Assembly: GCF_006345805.1 (NCBI RefSeq)
Contig: NC_043009.1
Span: forward strand, 53,630,001-53,694,000
Length of the DNA: 64,000 nucleotides
Reading direction: 5' to 3'
Source: Octopus sinensis
Lineage: Eukaryota
Position numbers and translations under genes: made by a program. Positions 51,891-64,000 of the stretch are shown one piece after another (the first letter of the stretch is position 1; every line of letters begins with the position of its first letter). Below the pieces are notes generated by a model. The model did no database searches. It was not told the origin of the DNA and was given only the letters and a program-made list of their open reading frames with translations.

Positions 51891-52964
51891 TCGTTGTTAT
51901 TGTTTAACTTTATACTGGGTCATCATCAAAGAAACATCTCAGTGAAGATCTTCAAACGATAGCAATCCCAGCATTCTTTTTTCTTTTTCCCTTTTTGGCG
52001 GGGTGTATTCGGAACTGTTTATACTGGTCTATATTTCAGTCGTTTGTGTATAATATGCAGGATATTTCGTAAGTTATATTTAGCAAATAGAAGAAACTTG
52101 TCGAATCTTACACAAAGTATTACATTTATTTGTAGCTAACACCTCAGTATAATTACAACTAGACAGCATGTCTCAACGATATCCACAGCATATATTGTTG
52201 TCTTTGCAGCAACAGACCTCGACTTTGACACGATATCTTCGTACTTGTGATTTCTGATATATTTACACCTTATATATGCATGATTCTTCATTTTTGTTTG
52301 TTTCTTTGAAGTGGAAACATATTCGTTATTTCTTTCACGGTTTGCAATTTTTACTCCATGTTCGACAAGGTGTAAATACCGAATATTATTTTTTTCTCTC
52401 AGTTTATTTTACTGCAAGCAAATATGCGTTATGAAAACAAAGCATAAAAAAGAAACAAACAGGTAAAAGCATTAATGTAAATGGTCGCAAGTATGGCTGT
52501 ATGTTTAAGAAATTAATTTTCCAGCCACATCATCTCATTTTTCGAATCCAATGTGCAATATGTCGGGGGATATCTTCTATTGTTGATTTGATTTGTGTTA
52601 AATATTTCGCAGATGGAAAGTGTATGCGTATATAAATGATTGCTTTAGCATTTCCATAATTTTAGCAACGAATCAATTTTTGAGAGAATGGTTTCTATCT
52701 ACGATTGCATTATCATAGTATTGTGGCTACACAGAATATTGAGGCTGGTTGTTTAAGCCAACATAGCTTCATGCTTTGTCAGGTGAAGAAACACCTTGCG
52801 ATATGTGTTCCAGTTCTTACTCTCAGAGCTCAAATCTCGCCATGCTAAACTTTTCCTTCCATCACTCGGCGGTTAATAAACTGCACTACTTATCAAGTAT
52901 CGTTTCAGCTAATCCTTTTCTAGGAGAGTCCAGTTTGCTGGACATTGTTGTAGAGCTGAAAAAG

Positions 52965-53163
52965 AAGTAATTTCTACCCTTCTCCTCTGGAAGCCATCTA
53001 CTCGCAATACCAGAGGGCGCACACTCTCCTACCCTGATGTAATCTCCAGGGATACAGGCATCCAGCAAGAGGACCTCCGTAATGCCATGATGGACCGTGA
53101 AGTCTGGCGTAGCATGGTAAATTCCATTGTCTCGACCACGGTCGAACAATGATCATGATGATT
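52965..53163 (+). mobile_element. 3' end of an RTE-type LINE
   Basis: LLLWKPSTRNTRGRTLSYPDVISRDTG....DLRNAMMDREVWRSMV followed by a TGA-repeat tail. Confidence 0.75.
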
Positions 53164-53236
53164 TTCTTCAATTCCAGGTCCTGTGTCTCCATAAGGAATA
53201 GTTATTCCCTAATATATATATTATATATATATATAT

Positions 53237-53287
<51 letters not shown>

Positions 53288-56154
53288 ATGCTCGGGGTTA
53301 AGTAGAAACCAGTGTACTCTCGGAAAAATGTATGCTAAGTATTACGTAGATATTGCAACGAATAATACAGACAAATGACCGGTACATTTAGTTAATTCCC
53401 AATGTCTAAACATTAACCATTAACTAATTATATATCTCAATTAAACATAAATTACATCGTTTTAAAGTTACGAATTGGGGAAGTTTTGTTTAAAATAGAC
53501 TTTATAACATTAATATTTTTTTCTGGTTGATGAGTTTCGAGAAATGTGTACAAGTTTGCTTGTGACGATATTGGTACGATAAAATTTATTTCATTTGGCC
53601 GGTATAAGAAAAAGTATAACCGTTTTATCAGCAGCAGTGCAGTTGGAGCGATACTCTATGTAGTTATTCGGTATCTAGCAATCTAAGTTCCACGTCTCAG
53701 CCATACCTTGATTTCAGTTATTCTTTTGCTTGTTCTATTCATAATTCGGCTAAAGATTCTAGTGTTATGCAACGATATAATATTTCGTATAGACGGAGTT
53801 TTAGAAAACTTTCCTATCATTCTGGCAGAATAATATATATAGCGTGCTGTCTTTCTGGAGCCTTTCTCAAGAAATCGATTCAAATATCGTATTTGATAGC
53901 ATATAAAACGCATTGTTTTTCTCCTACAACAATTGCCTCCGATCGCTAGTCCCGGTCCAACATGCAAAGTTAGGCCTCTCATAACATTTAATGCGCTAAT
54001 CATTATTTTCCGAATAGGTGCTGCTGAAATTAGGGCTATAAATTAGGTTTTATATAAGTATCCATGAATCTTTTATGCTATGGAATACGATAAATCGTAT
54101 TTATATCTCTGGTGCATGATTTTTGTTGTTGTTTGAAATGGGTGAGCTATATGTTTTGTAGAATTAGGCGCTGAGAAATGTTGCCACGGCGAAGTATGGG
54201 CAATTAATGTGTTTACCGTGACCTAAAACATATAGAGTTTTTAATGCTTTGTCGAGGGAAAACATAGATCAAACTCGAGAACACTAGGAAAGCTGGAGGA
54301 AAATAATCTATGGTTTATAAGCTGGGACAAGTAGAAGGGATCGCATTATGAAATCGAATAATCGTTAGCGAGTGTATGGTGTCGATCCTTGCAGTGATAT
54401 TGACTCCGGTAAAGCCATCCATGCACCAGGTTGTATTATTAAACTGCGCTTCGTTTTGCATTTACCAACTTATACAGCAAGCATATAATCAAGTAAAGAA
54501 CTACATAGGATCCGCACATTCATATGTCTGTGCGTGTGTTCATAGCTGCGTACGTGTATGTGTTTGCGCATGCATAGTTATATACGTGTATGCATTCACA
54601 CCTAACTATTAATCAATCAGGGTACTGGAACGAAACTCTTGTCCCCTTAGTATCTGCAAATCCTTGAATAATAACAATGTAGATATTTTACTTCACGTAT
54701 TGCGCTGTATAACTTTTCTTTTTACACAGATAATACACGTAACATATATTCACATAAACATCACACATACACACTTGCGGGCAATTATTTACATGCATAC
54801 ATCACAAAGTATACATTTGAATATATATATATATGTCTATATCTTCATCTACACCTATCTATACCTATCTATACCGTTCTCTCTCTCTTTCTCTCCCCAT
54901 ATATATATATATTTATGTATATGTATATATATATATATATATATACATAAACATGTGTGTATGTATGTGCACTATATATTATATTATTTATACATGTATA
55001 TATATGTAAATATATGTATATATATATATATTTATGTATATGTATATATATACATACATATATATATATATATTTATGTATATATTATGTATATGTATAT
55101 ATTTATGTATATGTTATGTATATATATATGAGTGAGTGTGTGTGTGTGTGTATATACATATAAGTGTGTGTATGTGTATGTGTGTATGTATATACATATA
55201 AGTGTGTGTATGTGTGTGTACAATATAGAGGCCTCATCACAAAGTAAAATACATATAGAATCCGATGAAAGTTTTTAAAATTCCCCTCAGGTAAGAAAAA
55301 AAATAACGTACAGAATGCATCCTTAGGAACTAGTGCTATATCAAAAACAAAAAAAAAATCTCCGATATAATTCCTTTCACAGAAGTCATTTCTCATTTAT
55401 TAGTTAGGTTTCTATCAGTGCAAGCTCCCTAAACTGTAAGTTCTTATTAGCAAACATCTTATCTCTGTATCAATAACCAAAACCAAAACCAAAAGTATTT
55501 AACGAACAAAAACGCGGAAGGTGGAATGCTGGTGTGGCGTGGTGTGTACGTGGGTGTTCGTGGGATTGATGAAGGAAAGACGAAGGGTTTACGAGCTGCT
55601 TTCACAAGCGATGAGAATCAAATTGTTGACGTTGGAGAATGAATGAAAAGAAGGGGAAAAGAGAGAAAAAAAAAGAACATACGCGAATGCTACAGAAAAG
55701 GGTAATACATAATAAAGGAAAAAAAAAATAAGGACTTGCTATGTTTCAGAGATAGAAAGAAAGGAACAAAGAATGGGAATATGAATAGCTTTTTACAAAG
55801 TTTTGAGAATCAAGTTGTAGACGTTGAAGAGAGGAAGAAATGAAGAAGAAAAAAAAGTGAGAGAAATATATTAGAATGAAGTAGGGACAAATATATATAT
55901 ATATAAATAGGTAAGAAAACGTGAACAAACAGAAAATGAATCAGAAATGATGCGAAAGGTGAGGATGAGAATAAAAGGGAAATAGGAATATAATATAGCG
56001 TAAGACTTTACCATTATTTCACTTTCCACACCACAATAAAAGAAATAAGATAATTAAATATATAAATAACAGTGCTAGAAGGACAGGTATCGGTATTCTA
56101 TAAGACTGTGAGAGTAAATAAACGAAATATGTAAGAATCAATATATCATGTTCG

Positions 56155-56156
56155 TT

Positions 56157-56214
<58 letters not shown>

Positions 56215-56221
56215 CAGCAGC
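56155..56221. repeat. (AGT)n(AGC)n
   Basis: Directly visible. Confidence 0.95.
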
Positions 56222-56830
56222 GTTTTTGGCAAGGTTCATCGGTACAGTGTTATAACAAAATAATCATGAAAATATGAAAAAACGAGTGGTTTTGTGAGGA
56301 GAAATTTTATCATAACGATTCTTATTAGTTTTTAATCGATTCTACCCAATGGGATTATTGTTAATAAAATAATTGAACTAATCTCAACATTCGCAGTCTT
56401 TCAGTTTAATGTAAGAAGTTGTATTTGTCATCAGTGTTATGGTCAATATTCTCGTTGCCAAACTTGCGACATGATACGCACAAGAGGTTAGATTCTCGGT
56501 AGCAAAACTATATATTGTCGAGAGAAAATACTATGACACTAGCGATATAAAGCAGAATAGCTACCTGTTGAACGTATGGAAGTGATAGCCATCCGAGACC
56601 TTATTACCCGAAGAAGCTATAAAAATAGCAGGGGAGTACGAACATCACCAAATCCATCAACAGTAAGTCTCAGATATAACTAACTTCATAAATCCGCTTG
56701 TCACATAACTATAGATCCAAACTTGGCCGAAAAGTTACCCCGTTTTCAGAACTGGAAATCGAGCACATGCGTTTCCCTTTTCCGTCTAGAATTTTTAATG
56801 TTATATCTTTTATACGAATGTTCGGGTGGA

Positions 56831-57042
56831 AAGGGGCTAAACACAGAGAGGACAAACAAGGACAGACAAATGGATCAAGTCGATTACATCGACCCCAGTG
56901 CTTAACTGATACTTATTTAATCGACCCCGAAAGGATGAAAGGCAAAGTTGACCTCGGCGGAATTTGAACTCAGAATGTAAAGACAGACAAAATACCGGTA
57001 AGCATTTCGCCCGGCGTGCTAACGGATCTGCCAGCTCGCCGC
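56831..57042 (-). mobile_element. Family A SINE monomer
   Basis: Same consensus. Confidence 0.9.
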
Positions 57043-57704
57043 ACAAATACCTCTCGCATACTTTATATGTCATGGTACAACATGATAGGATTTGAACTCA
57101 TAATTAAAAAGAGCCAAAAGAAATGCAAGATATTTCACCCCCAATGTTCTAACGGTTCAGCCAATCAAAAGCCAGAAGACAAGCAGTAAACAATAATGAT
57201 AACTGAGATGTAGAATAATAAGAGAACTGATGGTTTTATAACAGACGTTCATAAAGACGGGCTCTTTTTATTTAAATTTCTTTCCTTCAATCTGAAGTAG
57301 TTACGATAGAAATAAACATAACGATATCTTAAATTTCTTCAACTGACGACGACTTCCTACTCTGTTAAGATTTGTGAAAGATATTAAGTAAACGTGTTTT
57401 CTGTCCAAACTCTTCAGACATCAGCGATAAGAAACTTTTATTATTTTTATTTGATGGTTCATTCAGGTAATGGGAGTTATTTGTTGTAGGGGGTTAGACA
57501 AAGTTTACAGAGAAACAACATTTATGAGAATATAAGAATTAAAAATATTGTTTTTCTCATTTACGGAATTGATATGGACAATACGATTATGAATGAAGAG
57601 AAAGAGGAAATACAATATGCATACATACCTACCTACACATTTATAGTATGTGTGTAGTTTTAACACACACACACATACACACATACACACACAACACACA
57701 TATT

Positions 57705-57742
<38 letters not shown>

Positions 57743-58304
57743 TAGGGACAGAGAAAGAGAAAGTGAGTGTGACATACATACACACATATACTTACATATA
57801 TAACTATATATACACCAACTTTTTCCGTCGAAACGGATTTAGCTCAGTATAAAGTGATCTAACATAGTTATATTTGCATCCTAACAATTTCGTAGCAGAC
57901 ATTTATGTCCATATTTATCCAAACTTATAAATTATGATGTATAGGTAACCAAACTTCATTTTACCGTTGTACGATTAAAGTTTCTTCTCTGGTTAAAAGT
58001 CTGTGGTGGGATGGGGGTGGAGGGCACATCGCTATAAAAACAATAAAAATGTGTTTCGATTCCCTTGGATAGCTTTTAGCGGTTTCTTTTCTATACTTTC
58101 GGAAATTTTCACCCCATATTTCTGAATGATTAATTATAGGGAGATTTTCATTCAAACAACTTGGTAAACGTTACCTATTTACTTGCATACACAAATGTAT
58201 ACACAAACAAGATATGTTGGAGTGCATTCACATGCAACTAGGGTTTGCATATATATATATATATATATAATATACATATGTATATTATATATATTTCTTT
58301 GTTT

Positions 58305-58485
58305 CCCATAAGGCCGGTTTCCCGGTTTCCTTGGCGTATAGGTTCCCCACTTGGACGGGAGGCGGGTCTGTCGCAGGTTTGCTGCAAGATGCAGAAGAAA
58401 AGAGTGAGAGAAAGTTGTGGCGAAAGAGACAGCAGAAGTTCGCCATTACCTTCTGCCGCCCGGTTTCAGGTTCGAACCCGCTAGT
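58305..58485 (-). mobile_element. Probable third SINE family (C), partial
   Basis: Ends in a tRNA-like GGGTTCGAACC on the minus strand. The segment at 35634-35747 probably belongs to the same family (recognised from memory, not aligned). Confidence 0.5.
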
Positions 58486-59069
58486 CGATTATGTCGACCT
58501 AAGTGCTTTGCTGGTACTTATTTTATCCGCGCTGAAAGGATAAACGGCGAAGTTCACAACGATGGAAGTTGAACTCAAAACCTACAGATTGATGAAATTC
58601 CGCGAAGCATGTTTTCTCGGGTGTGCTAACAGTTCTGCCCGCTTACCGCCTCCGTAAAAATAAGTTGCCGAAAAGAGTGTGAAGACGACAAACTTAAACA
58701 CCAACACTAGCAGAGATGGATAGGACATATAGTAAATAGTGGAGGCTTCTTCATTGCGGTATTGTGCCCACCACACTGGAAACCACGGAAAGCATATAAT
58801 GAAGGAGATGTAAGTGACTGCAGAATATGAGGAAATGGGAAAGTCTAAATTAACTGCATTATCTGAGACTGCTCAATTTATTTTAGCCATGAAAATTATA
58901 GTCACAGACATGAATGGAGAAGGGGTGGAGAAATACACTGAAAGGTTTGTTACTAAGAGAAAAGTAACGTATAGAGAAACGCTTGATATTTTGTCAGAGA
59001 ATAGCAGAGAAATCATACTCTGCGATATGCTAATAAATATAAGAACAGAGAGACCAGGGCACGTGGCAA

Positions 59070-59406
59070 GCAATTTTCGGAAGTCGATCCCAACGACCTC
59101 AGTATACAACTGGTACTTGTTTTATTGCTATTCGAAAGGATGAAAGTCAAAGACGCCCTCGGCGAAAATTGAACTCTGAACCTATGGACAGACGAAATAC
59201 ATCGAAACATTTATTGTACATTAATATCAGTTTTAAATTTTGGCGCAAGGCCAGCAGGTTCAGAGTGATGGGGGAGCTATGCTAAACTGGTACTTATTTT
59301 TTCCAGCTTCGAAAAGATGAAGCGCAAAGTCGACCTCGGAAAAGATTGAACTCAGAACGTAAAGACGGATAAAATGTTGCTAAACAGTTTGCCAGGCGTG
59401 CTTACG

Positions 59407-59410
<4 letters not shown>
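59070..59410 (-). mobile_element. Two diverged family A SINE copies
   Basis: AACTGGTACTT...GAAAG(G/A)TGAA...GAACTC motifs at about 59070-59215 and 59235-59410. Confidence 0.75.
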
Positions 59411-59460
<50 letters not shown>

Positions 59461-59524
59461 ATAATCGTAAGCACGCCTGACAAACTGTTTAGCAACATTT
59501 TATCCGTCTTATATATATATATAT

Positions 59525-59960
59525 ATAGGGAGAATTCGTAAAAAAAAAAGACGAAGACAGGTAGTGTAGACAACAAACAGATGTATTAGTTTAACGCTCG
59601 GGAAGTGAAAAAGTCTTTAACGTTTCGAGCCTACGCACTTCCACAGAAATGAACACAGAAAGAAACAGGGAGAGAACATAAAGAATGTGTAGTGGCTAGA
59701 GGTCACACAGGAGAGCTCGGAAGAGGAGGTGATAATAAAGTAGTGGGGATCCCAAAACAAAGGTGCGAGTGTCTATGTATAAGAGAGCATGTATGTGCAT
59801 GAGAAAGAGGGCTGGTGACCTTAATGTGTGTGCATGTGTAGGTGTGTGGATTATGGTGTGGGGCTGGGAAGTGGTCAGTGCTAGTGTGTGCGTGGTGGTG
59901 TGATGTGATGTGATGTTGTGTGGTATGGCGGGGCGTGGTGTGGAGACGACATGTGCTTTT
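59525..59960 (-). mobile_element. Penelope-type terminal repeat with decayed hammerhead motif
   Basis: Minus strand 59616-59649: UUU CUGUGGA A GUGC guag GCUC GAAACGUU AAA. Inserted in (TA)n. Confidence 0.5.
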
Positions 59961-60699
59961 GTCAATCTCTTTAAATTCTTGGAGATTTTAGGTATAATTA
60001 TACTAATGTGTCCATCTGCTCTAATTTAATTAAATTCTGTGCAGCTGAAGATTGCTTTACATTTTAAATTAATATAATGATGGCTTTGTTCAATTAAATG
60101 GAGTTGCATGAAATGATCGTACTGCATTACATCTGGATATGCTTATTTTAAATTTAATCACCTTACTTCGAAAAGGTTGCGTGGTGTTCGATCATATAAT
60201 AATATAAATAATATATAAATATATGCATATATACATACATATATGTACATACCTACATATATATAAGAAACTGAGGAAAATATATCTTTCAAAGTGGTAT
60301 GTTTAACTTCCAGTTCACTGGTATTTCTGTTGGATACCATATAAATATTGGTGTAATTCAATAATAAAGATAAATTAAATGTACAAATGTTCTATTGACA
60401 ATCCAATAATTTATTTATATTACGATATTACATTAAATACTATGAATATAATATATGACGTAACGTAATATTGTATTGATAATTATATAAACCGTGTGTC
60501 AGGTCAGACTAGTGCTGCTACCAAAATTACAGTAGATGCAACTTTGCTGGTTCCAAATGTATTGACCTTGTCTCTGCTTTGAACTAAATCAGTGAAGTTG
60601 AGAGGGGGATTGTGCAAATTGGATAAGGCATGTTCTCTATACATTCAAAGTCCAGGCATTTAGCTTAGCCAAGGACTTAGAATATCTGGGAGGACCCTG

Positions 60700-61750
60700 C
60701 AAAGAAAAGAGAGCGCATGGAGAGGACACTTCATCCTTGCTGTAACAGGTAAGGGAAGCAACACGAGAGTGGCAGATTACGGGTTATAAGGCATCCTTAT
60801 TTGGTGAAGCGAGAAGCCGCCCCGGGTCATCTACGAAGATGGGTGGGAGTGATTATTCAATCGCACTGATCAGCTACCTCTCTTCTTAAACTGGGCAGTC
60901 CCTAGTCAGTAAGGTGCTGATCCACCACGTCTATCCGCTGCTAAGGGTGTATGGAGCTAGGGCAAAAATCGAAAAGCAGGCGTAAAGCCCAGCACCTGGC
61001 AAAAGGGGAAAAAATTGAAATTGAACCCATTGAAAATGGGTACCTGGAATGTCAGAAAAATGACAACCGGAATGGACATTACCGACCCGGGCAAAACAGA
61101 GGACATCAGGAAAACGGCAGTCATTGACAAGGAGCTCACACGGCTGAATGTAGACATCAATACCCTGCAAGAGGCAAGACTTGCTGACTCTGATTCCGTT
61201 AGAGAAAGAAATCACATATTCTTCTGGAAGGGTCTTCGGAAAGACAAGAGGAGAATCCATGGTGTGGCATTCGCAGTACACAACATATTGCTGAACAAGA
61301 TCAGTACTCCTCGAGAGATCCCAAGATCATCAACTACCCCTAAAAAATAAAGGGGACAAGTGAGACTGCAATAACTACAGACGCATCTCACTTCTGAGCA
61401 TCACTAGAAAAGCTTTTGCGAGGATCATTCTTGAACGACTTCTGAAGCTAGCAGAAAGAGTACTACCAGAGAGCCAGTGCGGTTTTAGATCTAACCGTTC
61501 AACAATGGATATGATCTTCTCCATTCGTCAACTACAAGAAAAATGCCGGAAGCAGCACTTACCAATATATATATAGCATTTGTAGAGCTGACAAATGCAT
61601 TTGATACAGTTAGCCGATCGGGCATGTACATGGTGCTTGGAAAATGTGGATGTCCCCCAATACAGCTGCAGCTCATTGTTTCGTTCCATGATGGCATGAA
61701 GGCCACCAAGAAGCTGCAAGAAAAGGAGCCCCTGATATGTTCGATTAAGT
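60700..61750 (+). mobile_element. Internally deleted RTE-clade LINE (5' UTR, EN start, RT start)
   Basis: LKMGTWNVR...LQEARL...HGVAFAV joined at about 61310 to KGDK.DCNNYR.ISLLS...LPESQCGFR...DMIFSIRQLQEKC...AFDTVSR. Confidence 0.88.
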
Positions 61751-62199
61751 CACCTCTAAGCTAAATTGACCATATGAATAGACGAAAAGGACCAATTATT
61801 ATTATAAACCATAAAGGTCAACAAATTGTTTCGAATTATATATATTTTTCTGATATACATAATCACAGTTCCATTATATAAGTCACTTCCGTGTCACAGG
61901 ATGGCTGGATTGTAAAAATTATTCAAATAGCTGTGTTATGAGCGTGAGCGTTGACTATTCAATCTTATATCAATTACAATTACAAAACAAATGCACACAC
62001 ATACACACACACATATACATACATACATACATTCATAAATACATATATATATACAAGAAAATATAGATATATATTCTATCAACATCTAACGATGTTGAAC
62101 CCTACTATAATATATTTGCACATATCTATGCGCATACATACACCACATTAACATACAAACGTCTCACTCAATGTATTCCAGCTTCCATACAGATATATA

Positions 62200-62520
62200 C
62201 TCCAATAGAGACAATTTTCCTAACATGTTGACTCTAGATCACAGAAAACTATCCTCATCTGATTCCTACCCGTTGTGATTTCTTTCAGACATTGATTCAG
62301 TCTACCTCTTTGATTCCCTCTCTCTCTCCCCATCTCTTCACCTCTCTCTCTCTCTCTGTACATATATATCATTCTCCCTTTGCTTCCGTCTTTCTCTTTA
62401 CTTCAGATGAAGGAGTAACACCCGAAAGGTTAAGACAGATTTTTCCTTATCGAAGCGTTAACCTAATGCTAGTTTAGTTGAACTCTCTCAAACTTTCTTT
62501 AGATGTTCTCCTTTAAAACG
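62200..62520 (+). mobile_element. Penelope-type terminal repeat with decayed hammerhead motif
   Basis: 62401-62434: CUU CAGAUGA A GG aguaacac CC GAAAGGUU AAG. Confidence 0.5.
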
Positions 62521-62541
62521 ACTATTTCTTTTCCGCTACAT

Positions 62542-62592
<51 letters not shown>

Positions 62593-62611
62593 GTATGTAT
62601 GTATGCATGAA

Positions 62612-62695
<84 letters not shown>

Positions 62696-62697
62696 AT

Positions 62698-62923
62698 ATT
62701 TTTCTTTCTATACCACAAGGGGCTAAACAAAGAGGGGACAAACAAAGACAGACAAACGGATTAGGTCGATTACATCGACTCCAGTGGGTAACTGGTACTT
62801 ATTTAATCGACCCCGAAAGGATGAAAGGCAAAGTCGACCACGGCGGAATTTGAACTCAGGACGTAACGGCAGACGAAATACGGCTACGCATTTTGCCCGG
62901 CGTGCTAACGTTTCTGCCAGCTC
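62698..62923 (-). mobile_element. Family A SINE monomer
   Basis: Same consensus. Confidence 0.9.
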
Positions 62924-63079
62924 ATAAATATGTGTGTGTGTGTTTAGTGTTGACATAATGCACAAAGATATATATACACACAGACACGCTCAACATACAT
63001 AAATATTTAGTTGTAACACTATATCATGAAGTTTGACTACTTTATACAGGCGAAATCCTTATTCTCATGAAACAGTGCA

Positions 63080-63228
63080 GAAGAAGAAATTGAAAAAGTT
63101 GAAGAAGAAGAAGAAGGAAGAGAAGAAGAAGAAGAAGAAGAAGAAGAAGAAGAAGAAGAAGAAGAAGAAGAAGAAGAAAAAGAAGAAGAACAAGAAGAAA
63201 AAGAAGAAGAAGAAGAGGAGAAGAAGAA
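63080..63228. repeat. (AAG)n
   Basis: Directly visible. Confidence 0.95.
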
Positions 63229-63539
63229 CTATATGTATTTTGTATTTGCCGGCGTATTTACAAAATTGGATGAAAACTTGTACATCCGAAACTGACAGTT
63301 CTGCGAAATTTGCTTATTCTTTTGTTCGTAGGTCTATTTAAGTGTTTTCGATATTTGTCTCAGAGTGGTAAGAAGTGTAATGCTGCTATAGACTAAACAA
63401 TTATTATCTAACTTCAAAACTAACCACGGAGCCTTTTAACGCTTCTTTTATACTTGAATAAATACTTACTTCGGTTAAAAAAAAAAATCAAAAAAAAAAA
63501 AATCCTTCAAGCATTTTATTTTATGTTGAATGAAACTAC

Positions 63540-63582
<43 letters not shown>

Positions 63583-63856
63583 AGCAGTGCGTTTGTCCAT
63601 CTGTTATTGATATTGTTGTTCATTGTTTAATATACATGTTTTTTTTTTCTTTTTTGCTCCTTTATAATTTCACCTTTTAACCTTCAAAACAGGTTATCCT
63701 TTTCTCACTTCCTCTCCGCACGCACACACACACACACACACTTGAACACATAAATGTGTATATATGCATATATATACATATATGCATATATAAATATACC
63801 TACATATATATATGAGTATATATATATTATGCATGTATGTATGTATGTATATATTG

Positions 63857-63914
<58 letters not shown>

Positions 63915-63921
63915 TATATGC

Positions 63922-63954
<33 letters not shown>

Positions 63955-64000
63955 TATTTATATACTCTATATATATATATACACATATATATATATATAT

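Noticed and set aside
53683-54003. 106-aa minus-strand ORF
   Set aside because: No recognisable motif and an atypical composition; probably chance.
58711-59143. WKPRKAYNEGDV (CBM5/12-like) and the 109-aa ORF 58814-59143
   Set aside because: The motif is very short and followed by a stop. The ORF runs into a SINE, has no recognisable domain and no supporting splice structure.

Overview
AT-rich, repeat-saturated eukaryotic DNA. The repeat complement (tRNA-derived CORE-type and Meta-type SINEs, dense TA/CA/TACA/CAT microsatellites, RTE, CR1 and Penelope debris) looks like an octopus genome, and the window is probably intergenic or one large intron. A 100-N scaffold gap lies at 35320-35419. No host gene could be named. 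The best host-gene candidate is a His/Gln-rich exon at about 28211-28452. Most ORFs in the supplied track are microsatellite artefacts. The largest element is a near-full-length CR1-type LINE on the minus strand (about 36379-40970). Its ORF1 carries polyQ tracts and two tandem CCCH zinc fingers. Its ORF2 is broken only by 1-2 nt indels and, by hand translation, has no nonsense codons, so the real copy may be intact. Other elements: decayed mariner and Tc1 copies, a Tc1-type MITE with about 230-bp TIRs, two hAT MITEs with 8-bp TSDs, a Gypsy integrase plus LTR, three RTE fragments, two copies of an R4/Dong-like RLE retrotransposon end, a Tx1/L1-like ORF1, and Penelope RT, GIY-YIG and pLTR fragments. 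The most interesting signal is a set of minimal type I hammerhead-ribozyme motifs in Penelope-type terminal repeats. Three carry non-canonical core positions 3 and 8 that still form a Watson-Crick pair (U3:A8 twice, A3:U8 once). All calls come from reading and hand translation; no searches were run.
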